Shown piece by piece: positions 1 to 8,955 of a DNA stretch of 64,000 nt. Within the stretch, counting starts at the first letter, position 1. The number at the start of each line of letters is the position of its first letter. The notes under the pieces were generated by a model. That model ran no database searches, was not told the DNA's origin, and saw only the letters and a list, made by a program, of their open reading frames with translations. Source of the DNA: Fimbriimonadales bacterium (GTDB taxonomy: Bacteria > Armatimonadota > Fimbriimonadia > Fimbriimonadales > ATM1); assembly GCA_041744215.1 (NCBI GenBank), contig JBGTLG010000015.1, positions 128,001 to 192,000 on the forward strand. Direction: 5' to 3'. The position numbers and the translations under genes are program-made.

Positions 1-2
1 AG

Positions 3-569
3 TACCTGCACCAGCATAAAACAGCGATGGTCAACCAGCGCGAAGTTCACCACGACACGATGAACTTTAACAACGCGCTCCGGGCAGTTTTGCGCGAGGA
101 CCCGGACGTTATCCTCGTCGGAGAAATGCGTGACTTGGAGACAATCACTGCGGCGCTTACACTCGCAGAGACGGGCCACTTAGTGTTCGGGACCCTCCAC
201 ACGCGAAATGCGCCGCAAACTGTGGACCGCGTCGTCGACGTGTTTCCGCCCGACCAACAAGAACAGATACGAGTCTTGTTAGGAAACGTCCTTGAGGGGG
301 TCGTCGCACAGCAACTGCTTCCCAAGCTTGGTGGCGGGCGAATCGCAGCGATCGAGGTGATGCTCGCAACCCCTGCGGTGCGGAACCTCATTCGAGAAGG
401 CAAGACTCACCAGATGTACAGCGTTCTCGAAACCAGCAGCCAACAAGGTATGCAGACCATGGACCGCGCCCTCCAGGAGCTTTACAAAAACGGATACGTC
501 TCGTTCGACGAAGCGTTGATGAGGGCGATCGATCAAGAAAACTTCGCCCGCCTTACAAAGGCGGCGTAG
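3..569 (+). CDS. pilT: Type IV pilus retraction ATPase PilT (5' truncated by window edge)
   Basis: LREDPDVILVGEMRD (Walker B), AETGHLVFGTLHT His box, AVRNLIRE and GMQTMD motifs; frame is open to the window start. Confidence 0.93.
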   Translation, partial: YLHQHKTAMVNQREVHHDTMNFNNALRAVLREDPDVILVGEMRDLETITAALTLAETGHLVFGTLHTRNAPQTVDRVVDVFPPDQQEQIRVLLGNVLEGVVAQQLLPKLGGGRIAAIEVMLATPAVRNLIREGKTHQMYSVLETSSQQGMQTMDRALQELYKNGYVSFDEALMRAIDQENFARLTKAA

Positions 570-586
570 GCGCCAGTCCCACGGCG

Positions 587-627
587 GCCAATTTGGAGGC
601 TCCAGTGAATCTGGGGCCTCCATTGGC
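587..627 (+). terminator. Stem-loop after pilT, possible terminator
   Basis: TGGAGGCTCCAG-tgaat-CTGGGGCCTCCA inverted repeat; no strong U tract. Confidence 0.45.
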
Positions 628-735
628 ATCTCGGTGAGGATCCTCTTTGGTGACATCCGTGCTTCGCTGCATCTCTTGCTCGGTTTTCTCCGTCATACTG
701 ATACCGACTTCACAATCAAATCCTCGGAGGGAGAC

Positions 736-1269
736 ATGTCAGACGAAACTCAAGGCCAACCGCCGCAAGACCACCAACCGAATCCACCTGAGCAGCCGGC
801 CGCTCCACAAGAGCCGCAACCACAGCCGCCCGGCTCTCCACCAGAGAATTGGCAAAACCCGCCTGGCGCTGCGCCTAATCCAGACCCACACGGACTCGGA
901 CCAACGTCGATGGGCATGGCGCCTACGGCCGCAGCCGCGATCAGCTATGTGTTTGGCTGGGTTACAGGACTGATCTTCTTCCTTTCGGAGAAGACGAACA
1001 AGTTCGTGCGGTTCCACGCGATGCAGTCCATACTGCTGTCCGTGGTACTGATGGTGTTGTGGTTCGTAGTGTTCATGATCAGTCTTTTTGCAATAGGGAC
1101 CGCGACACAAACTGGGGGTTTCATGTTCATCGCGATCAGCTGCCTGAGTTGGATCGTGTTGCTGGGCTACTTGGTTTTGTTGGTAGTTTGTATCATTCAA
1201 GCAGCAACTGGCAAGTGGTTCAAGCTCCCCATAATCGGCGACTTTGCGGCAAAGCAAGCCGGGGTATAG
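736..1269 (+). CDS. DUF4870-like membrane protein with Pro/Gln-rich N-terminus
   Basis: SD GGAGG before ATG 736; AAAISY..GLIFF..EK.NKFVRFHAMQS and KLPIIGDFA motifs; 3 TM segments. Confidence 0.8.
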   Translation: MSDETQGQPPQDHQPNPPEQPAAPQEPQPQPPGSPPENWQNPPGAAPNPDPHGLGPTSMGMAPTAAAAISYVFGWVTGLIFFLSEKTNKFVRFHAMQSILLSVVLMVLWFVVFMISLFAIGTATQTGGFMFIAISCLSWIVLLGYLVLLVVCIIQAATGKWFKLPIIGDFAAKQAGV

Positions 1270-1283
1270 GATCTCTGGACTCT

Positions 1284-1318
1284 CATCCACGGCCAGCGAC
1301 TATCGCTGGCCGTGGATG
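1284..1318. terminator. Perfect 16-bp hairpin between convergent genes (probable bidirectional terminator)
   Basis: CATCCACGGCCAGCGA-cta-TCGCTGGCCGTGGATG. Confidence 0.7.
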
Positions 1319-1321
1319 CTT

Positions 1322-1816
1322 TTAGAGCCCCATTATCAGTGGGACCAGGTTGAGTGTTAGGGAAAGAATCAGGAATACAACGGACACAATCAGAAAGATG
1401 ATGCTTAGCATCTTGAGCGTTTGACCTCGCTGATCACCTGCAGCAAGCACCTTGTTCGCGTTCACGATCGCCAATGGATAGAAAATCCAGGCAAGAATCG
1501 TGCAGCAGACACATCCGAAGGTGCCGATTCCGAAGTAAGTCCAGCCCATGTTCAGGTCGTTCTGTGCACTCGGTGAGAACCCGGGAAGCGGCTGGTGAAC
1601 ATTTTGAGCCCGAGGATATGGAGACGGCGGCTGCGCGGGGCTGCCGGGCATAGCCGAGAACAATCCTGGCACCGTAGATGCAGATACCTCGAATCCGCTG
1701 TCCATCTCGACTACCATGGTCGTAGGCAGCACCCTGCCTTCTCTAACCCATTGACGCAAGACATCTATGGGGACTGGCCCATAAGTCTTCCCATCCGGAC
1801 CGCGTACCGAATACAT
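1322..1816 (-). CDS. GYF_2 (DUF4339)-like domain membrane protein
   Basis: YGPV...LRQWVREGRV..TT.V motif, Pro-rich linker, C-terminal TM helices. Confidence 0.7.
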   Translation of the reverse strand: MYSVRGPDGKTYGPVPIDVLRQWVREGRVLPTTMVVEMDSGFEVSASTVPGLFSAMPGSPAQPPSPYPRAQNVHQPLPGFSPSAQNDLNMGWTYFGIGTFGCVCCTILAWIFYPLAIVNANKVLAAGDQRGQTLKMLSIIFLIVSVVFLILSLTLNLVPLIMGL

Positions 1817-1819
1817 CGA

Positions 1820-3733
1820 TTAGGAAACCTGCACGACCTCGTAGGCTTCGATGACATCGCCCTCTTTGAATCCAGTCCAGTTTTCGAACTGGATGCCACA
1901 CTCGAAACCGGCTGCCATTTCGCGCACGTCCTCCTTGATATGTTTTAGCGACTCGATTCGGCCTTCGTAGACTACCTCGGCGTCGCGCCTCACGCGGCAC
2001 TTCGAGCCACGGAGCACCTTGCCCTCGGTTACGTAGCAGCCAGCGACAAAGCCCTGCTTCGTAAGCTTGAATGCAACTCGGATCTCAACTGTTCCGAGAT
2101 GTCGCTCCTCGAACTTCGGCTCGAGCATTCCCTTAACCGCCTGCTCAATGTCTTCAATCAATTCGTAGATGACCTTATAGAGCCTGACTTGGACGCGTTG
2201 ACGTTCCGCTTCCGCCTTCGCAGATGGCTCGATCTTAGTATTGAAGCCGACGACGATTGCCCCCGAAGCTGAGGCGAGCAAGATGTCCGTCTCGGTCACC
2301 GAGCCGACGCCGGAGTGAAGCAGCTTTACGTCGATCTCTTCGTTCTCAATCTTCTCGATGAGCCCCTTCACCGCTTCTACCGATCCTTGGACGTCGCCCT
2401 TTACAATGATGCGCAATTCTTTGGTGACACCCTCTTCGAGTCGCTGCTTCAACGTTTCGAGTGTGACCCTTGCCCCACCGTCGACCATCGCGACTTCGCG
2501 GGCGTCCGAGCGGAGCGTTTCCGCCTCGCTTCGGGCAACCTTCTCGTCTAGGAACACACGCAATGTGTCGCCTGCAAACGGGACTTGATCGAGGCCTAGA
2601 ATCTCAACTGGCGTACTCGGTCCGGCGTCTTTCAGCGGCTTGCCTTGGAAGTCGAACATCGCTTTGATCTTGCCAACGGCGTGGCCAGCGAGTACGTGAT
2701 CGCCCGACTTGAGCGTCCCGCTTTCGATGAGCGCCGTCGCGACGGGGCCGCGGCCTTTGTCCAGTCGTGCCTCGATCACAACACCCTCTACTTCCCCACC
2801 CGCGTCGGCCCGCAGATCCATCAAATCTGCCTGGAGCACGATTGTTTCTAACAGATTGTCAACTCCATCACCCGTCATTGCGGACACAGGCACGACTTCT
2901 ACTGTGCCGCCGAAATCGGTCGGGACAAGCTCATGCTCCAGAAGTTGCTGCTTGACCTTGGGAACATTCGCTTCTGGCCGATCGATCTTGTTGACCGCCA
3001 CGATGACCGGAACTTCGGCATTCTTCGAGTGGTTGATTGCCTCGATCGTTTGAGGCATTACGCCGTCGTCGGCAGCAACGACGAGTATCGCGATATCGGT
3101 GACTGATGCACCTCTCGCCCGCATTGCTGTGAACGCTTCGTGGCCGGGAGTATCAAGGAAGGTGATCTTCTTGCCACCCACGTCTACCTGATAAGCTCCA
3201 ATGTGCTGCGTGATCCCGCCAAACTCTTTTTCAGCTACCTTGGCCTTCCTAATGTAATCGAGCAAGCTAGTTTTGCCATGATCGACGTGCCCCATGATCG
3301 TGACAATCGGCGCGCGAGGCTGGCTCCCGACCGCGCGCTTCCTCGGGCGGTCTTCTTCTTTGGCCTTCGGCTTGGGCGGCTCCGCCCATTTGATAGTGAA
3401 GCCAAAATCAGAGACGATTTTCTCGGCGACGTCTTCAGCGAGAGAAGTGGTCAGGGCAGCAAGCGTCCCAGACTTCATGAGGGCTTTCTGCACCTCGGCA
3501 TGCCCGAGGTTCAGCGCTCCAGCGATATCTCTCGGAGTTGCCCCGGGCGGCAACACAACTTGCTTTGCCTGCACCATCTCAGCGACGGCTTCCCTTAGGA
3601 GCTCTAGGGTGTCTGAATCGATCTCTACGCTCCCGTTCTCAGAGAACACGCCGAGTTCGGCGAGCACGAATGAAACCTGCGAAGGCAAGGCCTTCAGGTC
3701 ATTCGCAAGCGCGTCGATTTCAACCTTTGACAT
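1820..3733 (-). CDS. infB: Translation initiation factor IF-2 (short N-terminus)
   Basis: [30 protein letters not shown] GTPase motifs; KGDVQGS; nusA-ylxR-infB context. Confidence 0.97.
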   Translation of the reverse strand: MSKVEIDALANDLKALPSQVSFVLAELGVFSENGSVEIDSDTLELLREAVAEMVQAKQVVLPPGATPRDIAGALNLGHAEVQKALMKSGTLAALTTSLAEDVAEKIVSDFGFTIKWAEPPKPKAKEEDRPRKRAVGSQPRAPIVTIMGHVDHGKTSLLDYIRKAKVAEKEFGGITQHIGAYQVDVGGKKITFLDTPGHEAFTAMRARGASVTDIAILVVAADDGVMPQTIEAINHSKNAEVPVIVAVNKIDRPEANVPKVKQQLLEHELVPTDFGGTVEVVPVSAMTGDGVDNLLETIVLQADLMDLRADAGGEVEGVVIEARLDKGRGPVATALIESGTLKSGDHVLAGHAVGKIKAMFDFQGKPLKDAGPSTPVEILGLDQVPFAGDTLRVFLDEKVARSEAETLRSDAREVAMVDGGARVTLETLKQRLEEGVTKELRIIVKGDVQGSVEAVKGLIEKIENEEIDVKLLHSGVGSVTETDILLASASGAIVVGFNTKIEPSAKAEAERQRVQVRLYKVIYELIEDIEQAVKGMLEPKFEERHLGTVEIRVAFKLTKQGFVAGCYVTEGKVLRGSKCRVRRDAEVVYEGRIESLKHIKEDVREMAAGFECGIQFENWTGFKEGDVIEAYEVVQVS

Positions 3734-3995
3734 ACGTTTCTTCAAGTTCTCGAAGCAACTGCTGCTCCAGCAAGTCCCAGTCTACCGAACCGACATCAAT
3801 TCGCAGAGTCCTGGCAAACGCCCGCCGCTTCACGGCGTCTGCGATGCACCCGGCATCTCTGCACACGTAGGCGCCCCTTCCCATCGCCCCAAAACCAATG
3901 TGCCCTTCTTGCCCCCGGGACACTCTGATCAGCGTCCCTTTCTCTGCTGATCGCCGACAGGAAACGCATCGCCGCAGTGGGTTTCGATCTGACAG
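3720..3995 (-). CDS. ylxR: YlxR/RnpM family RNA-binding protein (DUF448); start uncertain
   Basis: P.RRCVSCR...K..LIR, GRGAYVC....C, AF.R.LR; lies between nusA and infB. Confidence 0.85.
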   Translation of the reverse strand: MSDRNPLRRCVSCRRSAEKGTLIRVSRGQEGHIGFGAMGRGAYVCRDAGCIADAVKRRAFARTLRIDVGSVDWDLLEQQLLRELEETYVKG

Positions 3996-3996
3996 C

Positions 3997-5064
3997 TTAT
4001 CCCTCGCTTGCGGCCTGCACAGCGGCCTCGGCTGCGGCCTCGGTCTCGCTCTTGATGTCAATGTTCCAACCGGTCAGTTTGTGAGCAAGTTTTGCATTGA
4101 GCCCGCCTTTGCCAATCGCCAGGCTCAACTGGCTGTCAGGCACCACGACGAGAGCGCGGCGGTCCTCCTCAATGGTCTTTACCGATGAAACCTTTGCGGG
4201 GCTAAGCGAGTTAGCAATGAACACCTTCGGATCGTCGCTCCAGGGAATGATGTCAATCTTCTCATCATAGAGCTCGTTGACGATGGCTTGGACTCGCGCG
4301 CCGCGCTGCCCGACGCACGCTCCGACAGCATCCACTCGCTCGTCAGTTGACAGCACAGCAATTTTGCTTCTAACACCGGGCTCACGCGCGACGCCCTTGA
4401 TCTCAACTGTTCCCGCGCCGATTTCTGGGACCTCTAAGTCAAACAGCTTTGGAACCAATTCGTCCGCACGGCGAGAGACGCGCACCCTCGGGCCACGCTT
4501 TGTTTCTTCGACCCCGCGCACGAAGACCTTCAGCCTATCATTGATTCGATAGGGTTCGCTTCGGACTTGATCCTCTTTCTTGAGGACACATTCACTCCGT
4601 CCGGCCTGCAACACGACATCGGGTCCTTCGCGACGAATCACGATTGCGCTAACAAGCTCACCTTGCTTGTCACCGAACTCTTCAACAGTCCGTCGGCGCT
4701 CTGCTTCGCGCAATTTTTGCTGCAGAACCTGCTTAAAGGTTTGCGCTGCAATTCGTCCGAACAATTCCGGCGCGATTTCCATTGGGATGAAATCGCCTAT
4801 CTCTACGTCAGGTTTGCGTTTCCGCGCGTCTTCGATACTGATCTGGAAAAAGTGATTGGTCACATGGCCCACAACCTCTTTCTCGCAGATAGCAGTCATG
4901 TGCGCCTTCTGCGTGTCGATATGGACAGTCACGTCGCCCGTCGCTCCGACATGCTTCTTGTATGCGGCGGCCAGGGCGATTTCGACCTCTTCAATCAGCT
5001 CTCGAACCGGAAGATCCCTCTCTTGGGCGATCTGTTCGAGCATCAATACAAATTCTCTGTCCAT
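3997..5064 (-). CDS. nusA: Transcription elongation/termination factor NusA
   Basis: FGRIAAQTFKQV, AREPG.RSKIAV, VGACVG, LSLAIGKGG.N motifs; ATG 5064 after GGAAGG. Confidence 0.97.
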   Translation of the reverse strand: MDREFVLMLEQIAQERDLPVRELIEEVEIALAAAYKKHVGATGDVTVHIDTQKAHMTAICEKEVVGHVTNHFFQISIEDARKRKPDVEIGDFIPMEIAPELFGRIAAQTFKQVLQQKLREAERRRTVEEFGDKQGELVSAIVIRREGPDVVLQAGRSECVLKKEDQVRSEPYRINDRLKVFVRGVEETKRGPRVRVSRRADELVPKLFDLEVPEIGAGTVEIKGVAREPGVRSKIAVLSTDERVDAVGACVGQRGARVQAIVNELYDEKIDIIPWSDDPKVFIANSLSPAKVSSVKTIEEDRRALVVVPDSQLSLAIGKGGLNAKLAHKLTGWNIDIKSETEAAAEAAVQAASEG

Positions 5065-5084
5065 TTCTTCGACCTTCCTGGAAC

Positions 5085-5111
5085 AAAAAAGGATGGCGGA
5101 GGGCCATCCTT
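5085..5111 (-). terminator. Intrinsic terminator/attenuator in the nusA 5' leader
   Basis: Minus strand AAGGATGGC-cctcc-GCCATCCTT-TTTT, located between the promoter and nusA ATG. Confidence 0.75.
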
Positions 5112-5136
5112 GCTTCTGCCCACAAGTTATCGGCGG

Positions 5137-5145
5137 ATTATAGCA
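5137..5145 (-). promoter_or_regulatory. Extended -10 sigma70 promoter of the nusA operon
   Basis: TGCTATAAT on the minus strand. Confidence 0.75.
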
Positions 5146-5179
5146 CAGAGGCTCTTGATTTGGCCTCAGTCGAGCCGCT

Positions 5180-7417
5180 CTACGCCCCGGCCTTGCCCCC
5201 AAAAGTGCGCTGAATGCTGATCACATCCTGCATGGAACTGATCCGGCTTATGACATTTTGCAGATGGCTGAGATCCTGCACCTCAACCATCATGTCGAGA
5301 GATGCAGTTTGGTTCGGCAACGTGCGTATGTTTGCGCTGATCACGTTGGTTTTCGTCTCGCCAAAGATCGCAGTGATGTCGGCAAGTAGGCCCTGACGAT
5401 TGAGAGTTTGTATTCTAAGACTGGTGGAAAATGCGCCCTTGGCTTTTGGCGGCCAATTGACTGGCAGGACTCGGGCCGGGTCGGTTTCAAGAAGCCGAAC
5501 TGCATTTGGGCATAGCTTTCGGTGCAAGATCACCCCTCTGCCTTTTGAAACGTATCCGACAGTTTCGTCGCCCGGCACAGGTAGACAACAGCGGGACCGG
5601 CGGTAAGCGATATCGTCGATGCCGGTCGTGCCGATCGTGATTCCCTGCAGCGGTGGCTGAATCGTCTGAGTACGGCCTTTGCGAATCTGCTTCCGCTCCT
5701 CGTTCGTAAGCAAGTGAGCGACACGTTCCACACTTTGGAGCCCTTCGCCAACACTTGCAAGAAGCGCTTTATGATCCGCCTTCTTGAGGCGCACGGCCGC
5801 CGCAGACAAGTTCTCCTCTGTAAGCAGCGCTTTTGGATCGAAGCCGAGTGACTTCAGCTCTCTTTCAATCGCTTCGCGGCCACGCTGTGCGTTGGAGTCC
5901 TTGTTCTGTTGGCGAAGCCATAGACGTATTTTTTGTCGCGCGCCAACTGTTTTGACCATTCTCAACCAGTCGACACTCGGTTGCGCGTTTCCCCGAGTCA
6001 TCACTTCGACGATGTCGCCATTGTCTAGCTCATGATCAAGTTTTACGATTCGACCATTTACCTTTGCGCCAACGGTCTTCATTCCGACCTCTGTGTGGAT
6101 TCGAAAAGCAAAGTCAATCGCAGTTGCGCCTCGGGGGAGATCGACTACATCTCCTTTGGGGGTAAAGCAGAAGACCTGCTCGCTGAACAAGTCTGTGCTA
6201 ACCGAGCGCAGGAACTCGCTACCCGTCGTGGCGTCGCTTGACCAATCGAAAATCTGCTGACGCAGGCTGTTGATCCTTGCCTGTTCGCTCGCAGTGATTC
6301 GTTCATTTCCGCGACCGGGCTTGTATTGCCAATGGGAGGCGACGCCGTACTCCGCCGTCCTGTGCATCTCAAATGTTCGGATTTGGACTTCGAGCGGCTC
6401 GCCGTGAGGACCCACCACCTTAGTGTGCAGGGACTGATATCCGTTTGACTTTGGCTTAGCGATGTAGTCGTAGAACAGACCTGGAATCGGTTTCCACAGC
6501 TCATGCACGGTGCCTAGCACTTTGTAGCAATCGCTCTCAGTATCCAGAATGATTCTTATGCCGAGCAGATCATAGATTTCTTCGAAGTCGAACCCGAACA
6601 CTGCGATCTTCTGGTAGACGCTATAGAGGTGTTTTGGTCTGCCTTGGACTTCTGCATGCTCGAATCCCGCATCTTCAAGCCGTTCTTTGAGCTGTACAAT
6701 CGCTTGATCCAGCTCCTCTTCCCGCTTTGATCGTGTTTTGGCCACCATCTCAGTAACATCCGCGAACTCCTTCGGATGCAGATGCTTAAAAGCCAGGTCC
6801 TCGAGCTGCCACTTCATCTGCCAGATGCCCAGCCGGGCCGCGAGGGGTGCATACACATCGAGCGTTTCGCGCGCCATTCGAAACTGCTTGTCCTCACTGA
6901 GAGATTCAAGTGTCTGCATGTTGTGAAGCCTGTCAGCGAGCTTGATAACCATGACTCGGATATCGGCTGCCATAGCCATGAGCATTTTTCGCATCGTCTC
7001 GGCGAAGCGGGCGCGCTGTTCGGCTGCCTTCTTCTTCTCTTCGATGTGTTCGAGAGGCGGAAACTTGAGCTTAGTGACACCCTCAACGAGAGAGCCCACT
7101 GACTTCCCAAACATCGCTTCGATCTGAGTCGCTGTTATCTCAGTGTCTTCCAAGACATCATGGAGTAGTGCCGCGATTACGACATCCTCTTCCATTTGCA
7201 GCCCAACGAGGATGTCGGCCACGGCCAGGGGATGGTTGATGTATGGCTCACCGCTCCTCCGCGATTGACCTCTGTGCGCGGTTTCCGCTACGAAGTACGC
7301 CAGACGGACGCGAGCGATGTCGGCTTTTGGCGAAGCCTGCCGCAAGCGATTCAGGAGTTCAGTCAGGCCGTCTGGCTCCTCCCATCCTGGCGAAATCTGC
7401 AGCGTTGCGGTAATCAA
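5180..7417 (-). CDS. rel: Bifunctional (p)ppGpp synthetase/hydrolase (long RSH)
   Basis: HD domain (LHDVLEDT, KLADRLHNM), synthetase (GRPKH, NGYQSLHT, EVQIRT), TGS and ACT domains; TTG start after GAGG. Confidence 0.96.
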   Translation of the reverse strand: MITATLQISPGWEEPDGLTELLNRLRQASPKADIARVRLAYFVAETAHRGQSRRSGEPYINHPLAVADILVGLQMEEDVVIAALLHDVLEDTEITATQIEAMFGKSVGSLVEGVTKLKFPPLEHIEEKKKAAEQRARFAETMRKMLMAMAADIRVMVIKLADRLHNMQTLESLSEDKQFRMARETLDVYAPLAARLGIWQMKWQLEDLAFKHLHPKEFADVTEMVAKTRSKREEELDQAIVQLKERLEDAGFEHAEVQGRPKHLYSVYQKIAVFGFDFEEIYDLLGIRIILDTESDCYKVLGTVHELWKPIPGLFYDYIAKPKSNGYQSLHTKVVGPHGEPLEVQIRTFEMHRTAEYGVASHWQYKPGRGNERITASEQARINSLRQQIFDWSSDATTGSEFLRSVSTDLFSEQVFCFTPKGDVVDLPRGATAIDFAFRIHTEVGMKTVGAKVNGRIVKLDHELDNGDIVEVMTRGNAQPSVDWLRMVKTVGARQKIRLWLRQQNKDSNAQRGREAIERELKSLGFDPKALLTEENLSAAAVRLKKADHKALLASVGEGLQSVERVAHLLTNEERKQIRKGRTQTIQPPLQGITIGTTGIDDIAYRRSRCCLPVPGDETVGYVSKGRGVILHRKLCPNAVRLLETDPARVLPVNWPPKAKGAFSTSLRIQTLNRQGLLADITAIFGETKTNVISANIRTLPNQTASLDMMVEVQDLSHLQNVISRISSMQDVISIQRTFGGKAGA

Positions 7418-7418
7418 C

Positions 7419-8207
7419 CTACCTCTCGACGTTGGCATCCAGAAGGTACACGATTCCGGCTGGGTCTGCCTTCCCACTTGCCTTTCCAAGCACTATGCGT
7501 CCGTCATGCGTCCGCCCCACATAAATGTTGCCGAGATAGACTTCCTGAGGAACTTGGGCCAACACCCGAACGTTTCCTTGCGGCGACACGTGACGAATGA
7601 CGCCGTCTTTGTATCCAATCACGCCGCCCAACTTACTCGGAATGATCTGCTCGCACGGAATTGTCGCGAGTGTTTTCGGACGACGATCCGCACCGAAGAA
7701 GCGGATCTCTCCGTCCTCCTGCAAAGTATAAAAACTGCCATCCGATTGAGGTACTAGGGCGACAGCAAAGTCTTCGCTAATCTCCCGTCCCTGACGATCG
7801 AGAATGAACTCGAACTCGCTGCTGTCCGGTGTCTTCCTCATGATGTATCCGCTGTTAAACATCGCCCAAATGTTTTCGCTGGTATCGAGCTTGACTAACA
7901 TCGGATAGCGCAACCGTCGCTGCCAAATCACCTTCCCGTCCTTCGCGTAGTCTGTTACCAGGCCAGACTCATAGTCAGCGATGACAAAGCCAGACTTCTT
8001 TGGCAAGATCTCCAGTTTTCCCTTGAACTCGAATGGGTAGACGTGGGTTCGTCGCACCGAGTTCCCGTCCACCGCGAAGCGACCAATCTTCACGGTTTCT
8101 CCCTCAAGTATCGTCGCGAGAATGCTTCCATCATTGTCGAAGGCAAAACCGGCGTTTGGTTGAAGCGGGATCGATATCTGCGTTAATGCGATCAACAGCA
8201 ATGTCAT
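7419..8207 (-). CDS. Secreted hypothetical protein, beta-propeller-like
   Basis: Hydrophobic N-terminus, repeated beta-strand/DG turns; ATGA overlap with kdsB. Confidence 0.6.
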   Translation of the reverse strand: MTLLLIALTQISIPLQPNAGFAFDNDGSILATILEGETVKIGRFAVDGNSVRRTHVYPFEFKGKLEILPKKSGFVIADYESGLVTDYAKDGKVIWQRRLRYPMLVKLDTSENIWAMFNSGYIMRKTPDSSEFEFILDRQGREISEDFAVALVPQSDGSFYTLQEDGEIRFFGADRRPKTLATIPCEQIIPSKLGGVIGYKDGVIRHVSPQGNVRVLAQVPQEVYLGNIYVGRTHDGRIVLGKASGKADPAGIVYLLDANVER

Positions 8208-8929
8208 CGTGCGAACTCCTTTTCGAGTAGCTTGGATGCCTCGAGAGCCTGCTCAGGCGTATCGACTGAAATCCGGGATCCTATGCCGGGTGCCATTTGG
8301 ATCGGAACACCGTGTTCTAAGAATCTCAGTTGCTCGAGCATCTCTGTGTCCTCCAGGGGTGTCGGCTTCCAGGTCAAGAATCGAGAGAGCAGGTCATGTG
8401 TGTACCCATAGATTCCGACGTGTCGCTTCACCTGAATGCCGCCCGCATTCCTCCGAAACGGTATCGAGGCGCGGGAAAAGTATAAAGCTCGATCGTGAAT
8501 GTCTGTCACCACCTTTACGACGGCTGAGCTAGTGCAATCTGATGCATCTGCGGCGACATAGAGACTTGCCATCTCATGCCCTGCGATCAGTAACTCGGCA
8601 CAAGCGTCAACATCCTCCGGCGGAAGCAACGGTTCGTCGCCCTGCACATTTATGTACGCATCTGCGCCAATGAGGGGCGCGATCTCGCCGATTCGGTCTG
8701 TTCCGGACGGATGGTCGTCTCGAGTCATCATCGCCTCGGCACCAAATGACGCCGCCGCGCTCGCTATCTCGATATCTGGAGTTGCGACCAGCACTGCACT
8801 TGGGATGTGCGAGCGAGAGACTGCTTCGTAAACCCATTGAATCATCGGCTTTCCGGCGAGCCGGTGGAGCGGCTTGCCTGGAAATCGGGTGCTGGCCATC
8901 CGCGCCGGGATTACGGCGACGACGTTCAT
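8204..8929 (-). CDS. kdsB: 3-deoxy-manno-octulosonate cytidylyltransferase
   Basis: IPARMASTRFPGKPL, SGTDR, INVQGDEP, ALYFSR, HVGIYGY, LEQLR. Confidence 0.95.
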   Translation of the reverse strand: MNVVAVIPARMASTRFPGKPLHRLAGKPMIQWVYEAVSRSHIPSAVLVATPDIEIASAAASFGAEAMMTRDDHPSGTDRIGEIAPLIGADAYINVQGDEPLLPPEDVDACAELLIAGHEMASLYVAADASDCTSSAVVKVVTDIHDRALYFSRASIPFRRNAGGIQVKRHVGIYGYTHDLLSRFLTWKPTPLEDTEMLEQLRFLEHGVPIQMAPGIGSRISVDTPEQALEASKLLEKEFAR

Positions 8930-8955
8930 TGCGTAATCATACCGGCCCCATCTGT

